64,000 bases of DNA from Bacteroidota bacterium (lineage in GTDB: Bacteria > Bacteroidota > Bacteroidia > CAILMK01), in contig DAIUCM010000003.1 in NCBI GenBank assembly GCA_036846145.1, positions 7,022 to 71,021 of the forward strand, given 5' to 3'. The position numbers and the translations under genes are program-made. This document shows positions 48,171-61,900 of this stretch, one piece after another; position 1 is the stretch's first letter, and each line of letters starts with the position of its first letter. The notes beneath the pieces were generated by a model. That model made no database searches and had not been told where the DNA came from. It was given only the letters and a program-made list of their open reading frames with translations.

Positions 48171-49376
48171 GTCTTCGCGGACCTTTTTTCCTAATGCTTC
48201 CAAATCAACTACCTGGTAAGCTTCCAACTCGACATTGTTCCCGATTATTTTCCTGATATCGGCTTCATTGAACCCGGCGGCGGTTAAAAGTGAAACAAGG
48301 CTCTTTCTACCAATCTTGCTGGAAACGCGCTTCCATTTTGGCACAAAGCTTTCAACAACTTTTCCATTTATTACTTTCTCTGATGGAACGAGCGAATCTA
48401 TTCCTGCTTTTTCACAGAATTTTTTAACATATTTATTAAAGTGTTTTATTGACATTACAGGCTTTGGTTTGTCAAGTACTTCAATAAGATAACGATTCAG
48501 CGGTATATAAGAAATATTCTGATTTTTGTGATTACGTTTTGGAATGAATTGGCCTTGCTGTAAAAATTGAATATCCTGGTCACTCCACCTCACACCGGAA
48601 GCAATAAACCTGAAAAGTAAATCTTTGATAGGTTGATATACTTCTGGCTGATCCGGTTCATATATATACATTTTCCTGATTTCTTCCACAGTAAATGCTA
48701 CACCTTGTTTTTTAACAATTTTCAATGGTATGCTGGGTTTCCATTCAGCGCGAATCTCAGCATGTTTATAATAACAACAGCATTTACGAATAATTGAAAT
48801 ATGTTTTTTAATGGTAGCCGGGTCCCTTTGGTTGGCCAGCATTGATTTTATCCATTTATTCAAAAGTTGGCCAGTTACCTGTAATATAGATAATTGTTCG
48901 CTTCCAGAGCTTGTTAAATATTCTAAGAAAACATTGCGTGTTGAGGTATAATTATAAATAGTCTTTTCATCCGCAGCTTCTTCATCTTGTCTGTATTTCA
49001 TCCATTTATTAAACTGTGAAAGCCATGATTCCTGTTTCTCTTCTTCAATTTCTTTCCATGTTATTTTCTGTAAGCAATCACGTTTTATGTCATCAACAGT
49101 AAATGAACTGGGGTTAATGTATATAAATTTCTCAAGAATACTGGTACACAAAAATTCAAGCTTACTAAGTCTTTCATTAATACTACCATATAATTTTACT
49201 ATATTAGTTACCCGCAACTTCTTAGTTAAAAATTTATCCTTATCAAGATGATCTGGATTAATCTTTTCGGGCGTACTTACTAAAGCTACTTTTCCTTTAT
49301 GTGAAAATTTAATATACACCCTTTTCCTATCAAAAGAGTCAACATCATCGTGTAAAATTAATTTCCCGGTCGCCAT
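48144..49376 (-). CDS. Tyrosine recombinase/integrase (Bacteroidota arm-binding, SAM-like and catalytic domains)
   Basis: SGVRWSD (catalytic R), S.K.FN...K..C..AGI, SSKIGRKS, C-terminal Tyr (EAY). Confidence 0.85.
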   Translation of the reverse strand: MATGKLILHDDVDSFDRKRVYIKFSHKGKVALVSTPEKINPDHLDKDKFLTKKLRVTNIVKLYGSINERLSKLEFLCTSILEKFIYINPSSFTVDDIKRDCLQKITWKEIEEEKQESWLSQFNKWMKYRQDEEAADEKTIYNYTSTRNVFLEYLTSSGSEQLSILQVTGQLLNKWIKSMLANQRDPATIKKHISIIRKCCCYYKHAEIRAEWKPSIPLKIVKKQGVAFTVEEIRKMYIYEPDQPEVYQPIKDLLFRFIASGVRWSDQDIQFLQQGQFIPKRNHKNQNISYIPLNRYLIEVLDKPKPVMSIKHFNKYVKKFCEKAGIDSLVPSEKVINGKVVESFVPKWKRVSSKIGRKSLVSLLTAAGFNEADIRKIIGNNVELEAYQVVDLEALGKKVREDLGGVMDLS

Positions 49377-49547
49377 ATAATTACATTTAAAAATACTGAA
49401 CTCTTGGAATCACTCTCGGAAAATTTTATTACTTCCGAAACATTCCACTGTAGACTCATCAAAATAAAATGCAGCTACAAAGATAAAATATTTATTAGAA
49501 AAGAATAAATTTTATTCTTTAGTAAAGAAGTATTAATTTGGCGCCCT

Positions 49548-49560
49548 CCGCCCGGGGTAC
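49548..49560 (+). other. Putative att site: 3-prime fragment resembling tRNA-Leu
   Basis: CCGC-CCGGGGT-A-C fits T-stem, acceptor strand and discriminator of Bacteroidota tRNA-Leu; GC-rich patch in AT-rich DNA 170 bp from the integrase start. Confidence 0.5.
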
Positions 49561-49674
49561 TTTTAAGTTTCCTTTTTCAAATCTCAGCATTTTATTCGAA
49601 ATCATCTGTTGATTAATCCGTTATGTATATTTAATGGACGATTATAAATCTTAAATACTAATTTTGCACCTGTT

Positions 49675-49956
49675 ATGGTGCTCATCTACTTTAAATTACT
49701 GAACCCGCAAAATCGTATCGAAGATAATGCAACATTCAGGGGTAGCCAGGTTTTCCGCACCAAAATCTCAAATGCAGTCGCCCTGCTGGAATGCCCGAAA
49801 CACAGGAACATAGATTCTGAGGTTACTATTTTTTACCAGTCAATATCAGAAAATTTTACTTTGGCGGAAGCGCAAATAGAACCCTGCTGTGAAAGTTTTG
49901 AGAACCAGATTCTGGAGAAGCTTGGGCTGAATTTAGACGGCAGCATAAAATCCTGA
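49675..49956 (+). CDS. Small hypothetical protein with CPKH and CC motifs
   Basis: Open frame; TAATTTTG -7 element at 49659-49666. Confidence 0.55.
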   Translation: MVLIYFKLLNPQNRIEDNATFRGSQVFRTKISNAVALLECPKHRNIDSEVTIFYQSISENFTLAEAQIEPCCESFENQILEKLGLNLDGSIKS

Positions 49957-49998
49957 AAATAAAGCCGCACCCCATATATACAATATTAAAAAAATGCT

Positions 49999-52900
49999 TT
50001 AGCGAAGCAGCATCAGCGTTCCTTCATGCCATGTTTTTTCGCCGTTAAAGCTTTCAATTTCTATACGGTACAGGTAAATGCCAACCGTACAAGGTTTGCC
50101 ACGGTAATTTCCATCCCAGCCCCTGGCTTTGTTATTCTCATATACCAGCTGGCCCCAGCGGTTATAAATCAGCATTTTGTAATTTTTTATGTACAGGCCG
50201 CCAGGTGCAAATAAATCGTTAATGCCATCTTTTTCACCCGGCGAAAAAGCATTCGGAATATAAACTACGGGCTGCTGCTGCAGGCAGGTAACGGTTGAAA
50301 ACGAAACCTCGCCTGTACCCATTTCTACCGCTTCTACCTTGTAACAAAATTGTGCTATTGTTGTATCTGCAAAAGCACGATCGGTGTATTTAATATTGCT
50401 GATGGTATTGATTTTTCGCCAGCCGGATGAATCGTCGTTTCGGTAGATGTTATAATGCTGAGTATTGTTTTTCCAGGCCTCGTAAGGGTTCCATGCGAGG
50501 TGGTTTTCCCCGGATTTTGCATCACCAAAAAGAATAATCAGGCAGCCTTTGTTGCTCCAGGCACCGGTATTGCCGCAATAATCATAAGGCTCTATATAAT
50601 AACAATGAGAAGCAGTTATTGGCCCAGCTTTATCTGTAAATGTTGTATTGCCGGTACTGTCCACAAATTCGTAAAAACCTGTATTGCCGTTTCTGCGGTA
50701 GATGTTATAGCCTTTTACATCTTTACTAACAGATGGTTCCCATACAAGCTGCACTTCACTGTTCGGCTGGCTCACGGTTGCAGTCTTCAAATAAACACTT
50801 TGCGGCTTGTTATAATCGTATGGCTTCGCGGTATCTGCATTGCTGGCAGAAAACAATGTATCTTCACCATATTTCAACGCTAAAACCTGGTATTCGTAAG
50901 TGTTGATGCAGATTACAGCTGTGTCTGTATAGGTTAAGGCATTTCCGGGTAAAGTTGTTAGCAGCAAGCCATCGCGGTAAACCCTGTAGGCATCGGGCGC
51001 CCAGCCCAGGTAAGCGTTCCAGTTTACATCCACTTTTTCGTTGCCGGCGTTAGCGCGCAGCTTAATGGTGCCATGTGGTTCAGAATAGTTTGCTGCAATG
51101 TTCCCGCACTTATCTTCTGTTAAAATCTTGTATTGGTAAACCGTACCGAAGGTATTTTTTCCATTATCGTTATATGCGGTACCTGTAAGTCCATAGGCTA
51201 TTTCTTCCCAGGTTTTTCCCATATCATTGCTCCTGTACAGGTGATAATAAGCAGCATCTTTTGATGATGAAGCATTCCAGCTTATATGTATTGTTCCCGG
51301 GGCAGAAACCGTAACATATTTTATTTCTGCAGCAACCGGCAAGTCGGTTTCAAAAGCGGTATCGCCCGGTACATTAGAGTAAGAAACAGCGCCAGTTTTA
51401 TCTTCTGCAGATACAATGCGGTACATGTAGAATTGCTTACATTCCACAAGGCTGTCACGCAGTGAAAAAACATCTTGCGGCAAAGTGGAAATTGTGGTCC
51501 AGCTTATATTATCTTTAGATCGCTCTACCTTATAGCTGTAGGTGTTGCGGAAACCGATGTATGGCGACCAGCTAAGCTGCATATACCCGCTATAGGCTTT
51601 GGCGCTTAAATAAACCGTAGTGTGCGTATCGCTTGGCATTGAAATATTCCCGCAGGAATCCAGCGCAGCCACAAAACAGGTAAACGGCACTTTGGAGCTG
51701 CTGATGGGGAATTCCTTCCAGGCCACGGTATCGGCTTTGGTATGGAAATAATCATCGAATGGCACAAAGCTGCCGTTTAAGGCTTTGGAAAATATGCGGT
51801 AGCCTGAGCGGTTCGGCTCTTTATTGCCTTTGAACTTCAAAGATATTTCACCAAAACGGGCATGCGATTTATCTACCGACAGCACCAGCAAATCTGGTTT
51901 TTGTGGTGGAATGGTATCGAAGCTTGTAACGGTTTCAACATCAGATAATGAAATTTTTCCGTTGCTTAAATGAGCAAAAACCTGGTAACTGTATTGCTGT
52001 TTGCAAAGCACTGTTGTATCCAGGTATGCGCTGTCTCCTGCTGATAGTGTGGCTATTTTTTTATAACCTTCTTTGTTTTTGTTTCGATGAATCTCATAAT
52101 ACAGCACAGCTTCGCCACGGTATTTGTTCCAGCTTAGCGCTGATGCCAAATTCCGGTTTTCCACGGCAAGGTTTACCGGTTGATGCAACCTGCTGGCGGG
52201 CCCGTTCACATAGCAGCTGTTATACACTGTAACATAGTAAAAATGTGCGCTGTCTGAAGTATTTTTCCCGGCATCTATATATGCAGTATCGTAAAAATTG
52301 TTGGTGGTATAAATAAGCTTGTATGGCCCTGCTGCAACGGTGCTCCTGTAAAGCCTGTAACCGCGGGCAAATGTATCGGCAGTAAAGTTATACCTGTGCC
52401 AGTTTACCAGTATTTCTCCGTTTGTTTTGCCTGTTTTGCGTATGCTTGTATAGGCTATCTGGTTGCTATCTGCCAGCGGAAATATCCATGGCACGGCCAC
52501 TGCAGTATCCGAAAACGAGCTGTAACCGCTTTCAGAATCCACTGCTTTTATTTTATACTGATAAGCCACATCGGCCAGTACCAGGGTATCTGTAAAATAG
52601 CGGGTGTTTGCATTCGTTTCTGCTATTTTGCTGAATGTACCGCCATCGGTTGCACGGTAAATCTCATAAATATCTGTCAGCTGCGGCAATTCGGTATAGG
52701 CGCTCCAGCTTAGTTTCACAAATGGTTTGCAGCCACCGGTGTGGAGCTGTACGTTCATAATCTGGTCGGTATCTGAAGGCGCAGAGCGGTTGAGGCTGTT
52801 ACAGGAATCTACCGAAACAATATAATACCTGTAAGCTGAACTGCCCGGCTGTACCTGCGTATCTACAAACTGCGAATCGTACACCACGTTTGCAATTTTA

Positions 52901-55900
52901 CGGAAGCTTTCCTGGCCTTTGCTGCGCCATACCTCGAAATACTTTACATCTGTATTCCTGTTCCACTGCCAGGCAATTTCAATGCTGCGATCTGGCAGAA
53001 CACCGGCATATTTTAGCGTTGTGGCAGCCGGTTTAATGGTATCGAAAGGCGTGAGCACAATACTATCGGAATAGCTGAGGAACTGGCCACCTGCATCCAG
53101 CGCACCAATCTTATACGTAACCGGCACATTGCAAGGCAGGTTGGTATGGGTGTATTGGATCTCACTGCCGTTTACAGAATCCGCCTTCAACCATTTTTTA
53201 TCGTACACATATATGTAATATTTGGCTACGCTGAAGCCTTTGTACGAGCTCCAGCTGAGGTGGCTGGCTAAATTACCGGATTTACCGTTGAGCTGCACAG
53301 GGCAATGCGCAACGCTGTACGCGCTTTTATTTTCCGCGCAGGAATCTATGGCTGCAATGCGGAAGCAGTAATTGCCGCCGGCTGTATTCAAGCCATTTAT
53401 TGTGGTTTCCAATAGCCCGCTGATGGTATCTTTCACCTTCCAGCCTTTGCCGTCATCTGCCCAGATTTCATACAACTTTACATCGGGAACGCTTTTTTTC
53501 CAGTACAGCGCTATACTGCCATTGCGCAAAACGGTGGCAAAATGTATGGTTGGCGCAGGGGGTTTTATGGTATCGAACGGCGTAACCGAAACCGAATCTG
53601 AAAATGAAATAAACTTACCATTATTTTCCAGAGCGCTTACCTTATAAATGAATGGTACGTTGCACTGTAAACCGGTATCCAGGTAACCCAGTGTATTTCC
53701 GTTAACGGTATCAATTGGCATAAAAGCAGCATTCTGCCAGCGGTACACCACATAATTTTTCACATCAAAGCCTTCATAAGCATTCCATTGCAAAGCGCTG
53801 GCAAGGTTTTTCGGTGTACCTTTTAGTTGAATAGTTTTGTGCGCCGTTGCTGGAACAGAACGGTTATCGGCACATGAATCAATGGCCACCACGCGGAAGA
53901 AATAAGCGGAATCTAAAGTATTTTTTGCCGTTACTATATATGTGGTTTTACGGTCCAGCGTATCTTCTACCTGCCAGCTGCCGTTTTCTGATCGTACCTG
54001 CAACTCGTACAGCTTCACATCTTTATCTGCACTCAGCTGCCATTGCGTACGGAAACTTTGCTTATCCAGCACAGATATAAAATCAATCACCGGCGCTTGC
54101 GGTTTAATAGTATCAAATGGTACAAGTGTAACCGAATCGGATAAGGTAAGGTAACCGCCATGCTGTACGCCTGCAATCCTGTAGCTTACCGGTACATTAC
54201 ACGGCAGCGGCGAGTGGTAATATGCTGTATCATTGCCTTTTACAGAAGCCAGCGTATCCCAGTTATTATTTATTAAATGCTGCACGTAATAGGTATCAAT
54301 ATTATAACCTTTAAATGGCAGCCAGTACACCTGGTTGGCCAGGTTCTGCTCCTTACCGCCGAGCTGTATGGTACAGAAAGTATCGGATGCTGCAGCATTT
54401 AAACAGGAATCTAATGTAATAATGGTATAGCAGAGCTGGTTCTGCCATGTATTTATTTTATCTATAAAAATATGATTATCAGCAGGCTGCGTAAAGAGCA
54501 CCTGGCCTGCAGTTGTCCAGCCAGATCCGTTACTCCGCTGTATGGCATACGCATAAATATCCAGCGAATCTGCACCGGTGAAATCTACCTGCACACTTTT
54601 ACCATTGAGTACGCTTACATTTTTGAGGGTTGTGGCATTTGGCGGAATGGAATCTATAGCACGGCCACCCATGGTATCGGAGTAGCTGGTTTGCCCTTTT
54701 GGCCCGATGGACTTAATGCGGTAAAAAATATCGGTGTTGCAAGGCGCGGGGAATTTACGCAGCGAAGTATCGTTTCCAGGTATGGTGTCCAGGTCGTAAA
54801 ATTTTGCCCCGTTCCATTTCTGCACTACATAAGTATTTTTTGGCCATCCGCTATATGGGCTCCAGTGAAGTGTATGCACAAGCTGGCCGATTTTTACAGT
54901 AATGTCTACCGGTGTATGGATTACAGATGAGTCTGAAACGTTGCCGCAGGAATCTATCATCTGCAGGAGATAATCGTGGTAACCTGCGCGTGTATTTAAC
55001 CCTGTGTGCAGGAAAGTATCCTGTTTTAGCGGCAGATTATCGGCAAGTAAAGTATAGCTGCCGGTGCGGGAATTCCGGTAAAACAATTTCCGGTAGGCGG
55101 CATATATGGATGGATTTTTTACTTCCCATTTCACCAGTATGCGGCCGGAATCTGCAGAAGTGTTTTGCTTGGTGGCGAACAGAATTTCCGGCGTACCTGG
55201 GTTTGCCGTTTGTATATTTATGGTATTGGAAGAAGATTTTGCATTTATTTTCTTTTCCACGGCTTCCACCCTGTAAGTATATATATTGCGGAAATCAATG
55301 GCTGTGTCTTTCCAGCTGGTGGCAGTGGTACTGTCCAGCAAAATTTCTGCTGTGTTTGCTTTGCTTCGGTAAACGAGGTAATGTTGTACCCCGTTTTTCC
55401 AGTTGATGTAAGGGTTCCAGCTAAGGTATGCCGCCTGTTCGCAGCCATTTACTTTGGCCTTTAATAAAATGGTATTGTGCAGCTGAGAACTATTGCTTTC
55501 ATTAAATGCGCAGCTGTCCAGCGCGCTGATGGCATATTGCCAGATGCTGTCTTGCAACGCATTGGGCTTATCTGTATAATTACTGGTATTGCCTGCAGTA
55601 TCTATAGCTTGCCAATTGGCAGAATTGCTGCCACTGCGATAAATTACATAATTCTTTACATCTGGATCTGCCACTTTTTGCCAGCTCAGCGTAACGCCGG
55701 TGTTGGGATTTACCGTTACATAATTTAATTGCGGCACTGCCGGTTTCACTGTATCGAAAGGTGTAACTATTATACTGTCAGAAAACGATGCCAGTGAGGA
55801 ATCTGTACCAACTGTTTTTATCCTGTATATCCTGGCGATGTTGCAAGGCAGGGGCGCATCTGTAAACTGTGTGTCTGTTGCGGAAAAAGTGTAGATGTTT

Positions 55901-58900
55901 TTCCATGCGCCGTTGTGGTAAAGCTGTAATTCCTGCCTTTTTATAGCAAAACCTTTATATGGCTTCCATTGCAGGCTTGCCTGGTAATTGCCTGCCGCGC
56001 CCGTTAAAAGCACCGGTGTATGGGCAGTGGTATAGCCGGAAATATTGCCACAGGTATCTTCTACGCTTATCTTGTAAGTGTAGAAATTTTTCTGTGCGTA
56101 AACATTTGCATCGGTATAGGTAAACAATTTCCCCTTGCCTTGCACGTTGACCATAAAAGTAAAATTGCCCTTGTTTTCGGCCCGGTATATTTTATACTTT
56201 TTTACATCGGCAGAATCACTTGCATCAAACTGCAGGCTGATCTTATTCCAGCTATCTGCCGTAGCCAGCAGCAGCTTGTTCACCGCCGGCGGGGTTGTGT
56301 CTTTCAGCTCGAAAACTGGTGTGGCATTGCTGTAAATTGTGCAGCCGCTGTTGAGTACAAATTTTATCCGGTAATTTGCTTTAAGCCGGCATGCCTGCAG
56401 CCTGTAATTTGTTTTTGTGGTGGAATCGTATGCTTTGAACCCACTGCCGGTATTGTATTCCAAAGTATATTTCAGCGTACCTTTATATGGCGCATTCCAG
56501 CTCAGGTTCAGGATTTTATCGCCGGCCTGCGTGCCTTTCAGTATTATGGTGCCCAGGTTTTCGCTGCTTTTGCCTTCCACATGGCATTTGTTTACCGTGC
56601 TTATAAAATAGCTGTACGGCTGGCTGAAAGCATCATTAGCAACAGAATCAGTAAAAGTTAACGTACCGCGATTGGTAATGCTGGCTACCAAAACGGCGTT
56701 CCCTGCGCCCTTTTTCCTGTAAATTTTATAGTTTTTAAATTCAATATTTGCGGGTATGCTGTCCCAGTTCAGCTGAATCCGTGCCGAGTCGAGCACCAGC
56801 GCGCATTTTATTTCGGGTGCAGCGAGTGCTTTGCGCGAGCGAACAAAAATATGTATCGTATCTTTCGATACGCAGCCTTTTGCATCTGTGGCAGTTAACA
56901 CAAACGAAGTATTTTTGGCCGGATATATATATGGATTTAATACAGTGGAATCTTTCATCAACCTGCCCGGAGACCAGCTGTATTTATAACTGGCTTTTGC
57001 AGTTGCGCCCAGTTTTAAAGTATCAGTTTCGCAGATGGTATCGTTTTTACCTGCCTCTATTATTGGCAGCGCATTTACGGTAATTTTAACGCTATCGAAA
57101 CTAAAGCAGCCTTTTGTATCGGTTACTTTTACCTTATATGTAGTTGTAGCTGAAGGAAATACTCTGGGGTTTGCCGCTGTTTTGGAAGAAATGTGTTTAT
57201 CGGGCATCCAAAGATAAGTGTAAGTTCCGGTGCCGCCGCTGGCTGTCGGGCTTCCGCCAATGGCAACTGTATCTCCACAGCAGATTTCACGGTTTTTACC
57301 GGCCGCTGCCACCGGCAAGCTATTAACCGTTATTTTCACGGAAGCACTGTTAGTGCAGCCTTTTGCATCGGTAACCGTTAGCGTGTATGTTGTTGTTGTT
57401 AATGGTTTTGCATAAGGGTTGGCTGCTGTGCTGTCGTTTAAGCCTTTAGATGGCTGCCATATATAGGTGTATGGAGAAATACCTCCGCTGGCAGCTTTAG
57501 ATCCACCTATTTTTATGCTATCCCCCGCGCAAATGTTCGCATCTTTTCCTGCATCGGCAACCGGATTTTTATTCACTGTAACGGTAACAGTATCATAGCC
57601 TTTGCAGCCGTTTGCATCGGTAACGGTTAATATATAAGATGTTGTACTGCCGGGATATGCATTTGGATTGGTGGCAGTTGTAGCTGACAAACCGGTTGAT
57701 GGGCTCCAGGCATAATTATAAGGGCTTCTACCGCTGCTTGCCACAACCGTTCCGCCGAGTTTTACTGTATCGCCCTGGCAAATGTTTTTGTCATTTCCCG
57801 CATCTGCAACCGGTATATCCAGCACCTCAACCATTACAGAATCTGTTTTGGCACAGCCATTCTGTACAACCGTTAGCTTATACCAGGTGGTTTGTTTGGG
57901 CGATGCTTTGGGGTTGGCAATGTTATCGGCATTTAAACCATTTTTCGGCTGCCATATATATGTAACGCCTGCTGTACTGCCGCCGCTGAACGTTGGAGAG
58001 CCGCCAATATTGGCCGTACCACCGTAACATATTGTTTTTTCATACCCGGGATCTATCTTAAAGTCGGGATAAGATTTCACAACAATTGTATCGCGCACGG
58101 TACAGTTGCCCGGGCGGGTGGTGATGAGTACAAGCCTGTGGATTTGCGTATTGCTGCCGGTGTTTTTTCCTGTAAAAGTTGTTAGGCTTTTGGTAGAATC
58201 TGCCACCAGGCTGCCTGGCCACCAGCGGTATTGATAACCTTTAATAGAATCCTGCCCGAGGGTTATGGCCTGCCCGAAACAGGCAGCCGTATCTGTACCC
58301 GCATTTCGTAACGGGATAGAACCGAGATAAGCCTGCGCAGGTGTACAGCTGCAGTTGGTGCCTGTAGAATCCCAATAAGCCACAAGCGCACAATTTTTAC
58401 CGGCTGCTATATTAAAGGTTTTGGTAAGACTTATGCTGCTGTTTGGCTTTAAAGCAGATGTAATGGTATCTGCGCCAATTTCTTTATCCCCCGAAGAAAA
58501 TTTCCTGTTTCCATCTGTATCCAGGTAAAACCTTACTAATTGCCCTTTGCCTGGCTTTAATGTATCTCCTGTGTTTTTAATGTTGATTTTTATAGTGATA
58601 GCTTCGCCGCCCGATGCATTATTTTTCGCAAAAGCGCTGAAACCACTCAGTACAATCTGTGGTTTTTTTATCTCTATGGTTTGCAGCAGTCGACCTGTTT
58701 CGATACGCGAATAACAGGTTGAATTATCGCTGATACAGGTTAACGCCTTGCGGGTAGTGGACTGTAAAAACAATTGCGGGTTGGAACATGCCGTGCTGCT
58801 ATCTGCCTTTAGCCACACGCTGAAAACAACAGAATCGCCACTTACAACACCAACTGGCAATTTCCATGATATGCGTTTCTGGTTATTTATTATCAACTCT

Positions 58901-61900
58901 TCACGTGTACTGTCTGCCGGTGTATTTTTAATTTTTTTGTAAAAACTGTTATCTAAAGATAAGCCTTTGGGCAATAACAGGAAAATATTATCAGCCGTAT
59001 CGGTACTGCCATTGCCCATGTTCAGCATTTTTACAGTTAGCTGTGTACCGGGGCCACAGGCGTTGATGCTACCTGTACGAATACTTATACGTGACAAATA
59101 AGGCGCTACCGCACCGCGCAGGTACAATGGCGGTGAAACGGTGCTGCTTGCGTTTACCTGCTGGCTGCAAAGGTTATAACTGTTGGCTGCAAACTCCAGG
59201 TTACTGCCTGAAATAAATTCACAATCAGTAACTATGCTCGTATAAATTTTAAAAGTATTCAGCAAGGTATCTGTAGAGCCGGAGAAGCCAAAGGAGTCTA
59301 TTTTGCTGCTCATTTTACGGGCGCTAAAGCGGAACAGAAAAGGATTCAATGAATCAGGGTCTGAAATTTTAACGGGCTTGCTGCCTACAGGGTACTCCAG
59401 GTAGCTGGTGCCCTTTACAAGCTTTACGCCCGGCTTCAGCAACAAATCTACCTGAGACTCGCTTGCAAAACCTGTTTTTGTATTCGCCACTTCCACCACG
59501 TACTTTGCGGTATCGCACAAGTACATCGAATCCGGTGCTGAAACCATTCTTACCTGTACGCCTGGCTGTTTGGGATCGGCATAAAGTACCAGGGTATCTG
59601 CCTTGCATTTGTATTGCTTTGCGCTGTCAGGATAATCATCGCAATTCCAGCCCATTACAAGTTTTATGCTATCGCGCTCACAGGTTTTTATTCGGGCATG
59701 CAGTTTTAATATTTTTGTTTCGCCGCCTTTTAGCGTGGCAAGTTTGTAAACGCCGTTGTCTTGCGGATATTTAATACCGGTACTTAGCTTTACAGAGTCT
59801 ATTTCAATTTTTTTATTCTCCGAGTAAAAAGCAAGCCATGCTTTGTCAATATCGGCACTCGCGTGGTTATTAGATAAATACACTGTCCAGCTAAATGTAT
59901 CTGTAACCGTATTTACGGTTTTTAATGCCGGTTGCAGGGCAATGTTGGGCGGTTGCCACATTACGGTTGTATAGTTCTGAAAAGTTAAATCGCTGCCGGA
60001 GAGCTTACTATCATGCTCATACGTTTGGTATTGTATTACAGGGTGGTAAACACCTGGTATTGTGTTGCATGTGGCACGGGCGTTTACAACCATGGTACCG
60101 GCATAGCCATCATCGCTGTAATACCAGCTACCGCCACCGGGCGTGTACAAGCTGTCGATATCAAAAAACAGGGTATCGCCAACCTTTTCCCGTAGCCATA
60201 CACTGCTGTAATATGTGCCATATTTGCCCGTGCCCTCTGTAGGGTAGTAATAAACACCTGCATTTACATATTCGTAGCCGGGAGGAAGCACGGTTTTAAA
60301 CTTTTTTGCATGAGACCAGTACCTGTACTCGTACGGGAAAAGATTACCACCGGAATAGTTGGCGCAGCACGGCCCAATGCTAAGGTAATAGCTCTGCATT
60401 AGGCTTATGGTATTGCAGCCCGTGTGCTGCCCCGGTGTGTATGCATAGTAAGTATGGTAATAGCCCGCAACGTTTATATAACCTGGGAAATTATCTATAT
60501 AATAATAATCGCGCAGGCGGGTAGGATTTGGGTTGGCGCCAAAAAAGAACATGTTGTTTACGGCTACTTTTTTCATGCCGTAGTTATTGGTTGTAACCCT
60601 GTAAAAAATCCTGATCTGTACGGAATCGCCACTGCGGTACCGGTAGCCGCTTGCAAGTGTAGTGCTGCAGCCTTTGGTTTTCAACGAATCGTAATGAAAA
60701 AAGAAACGGTAATTTGCCCCGTTACGCTCGTACGTTGGCATTTTATCGCAGGTATAAACTTTGTTGTTGGCAGAATCTACAATACGCACTTCAAATCCAA
60801 CGGGTTCAAAATAATCATCACTAAACTTTATATCTGCAATACCATGGTGAAAAATAGTTGGCGTGCCTTTAACACGAACAATTCCTTTAAAATCAATCTT
60901 AAAAGTATCGCCATACATTACCCTGTCCGTTGCAATCTTAGAAAAGTTAAGGCTTCCGGTGGCATCGGGTTTTCCGTCATCGTTATTATCGGGCAGGCCA
61001 AAGCTGGTGCGCGCAACATTAACAGAGAGGTTCTGCATGCCTACTCTTTTGGGGTTACCGCAGTTGAATTTCACCGTAAAGGTATCTAACAACAGGTTTT
61101 GGGTGCAACTGGCACATGTATCATCTGCAGTGTATCTTACACGTAATGATATTTTTTTTACATCGCCGCAGCTGCCTTTACCGGAACTGGTATCTGCTGC
61201 CATGCCCATTTCCAGGTATGAGTTACTGAGGTCGAAACCTGTTGGCGGCGGATAAGCAAAAGTTAGCGTAAGCCGGGAGCCCGATGTTACCGTAGAAGAT
61301 GGGCGCCAGCCCGGTGAACCTGTGTAATGATTGAGCCGTATACCGCTTGTTCTTACATTTACTCCAGAAGGCAAAGTAAGCTCGTACACCAGCCGTGCCT
61401 TGCTGCCCTGCGGGAAAAGCTCGTTGTACCCGGTGCTTATAATGGAATAATTAACGGTATCGTTTACAATCAAATCTGTAGTACTGGCAACATTATCTGT
61501 ATAGGCCTGGTAGATCCTGTAATTTGCACCTTGCAGCCCGGTGGTATAATTCTTGGCTTTGCACTGCTCTGTATAATCTACTTTATAGCCCCAGGTATTT
61601 ATATAGCCCTGCGCGGCACAGCAGCTGTAAACATCCCATGTAAGTTCTACGGTTTCGCCGGCTTTTATTACTGGAATAATTTTTATGAAACGGCCAATGG
61701 CGCCACTGTAATTGAGGCATGGCTTTGAAGTAGTTTTAAAAAGGGAATCGGCTTTGGTTTTACTGGCCGTACCGCTGCCATATTTTATTTTTATGGAGTT
61801 CTCATCAATACGAGATTGTACCGTATCGTAATAGCCGCCGGGGTAGTAAATGGTCTGGAAAATATCTACCACTACGTTGTAAGCCGGTCCGTTGCCGCTG

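Larger units (their letters stand above)
1..49560. mobile_element. Composite metal-resistance/defence genomic island (left end outside the window)
   Basis: Integrase, Xis-like, repressor, RepL, R-M and metal cargo, several pseudogenes; visibly lower GC than the DNA to the right (by eye, not computed). Confidence 0.7.
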
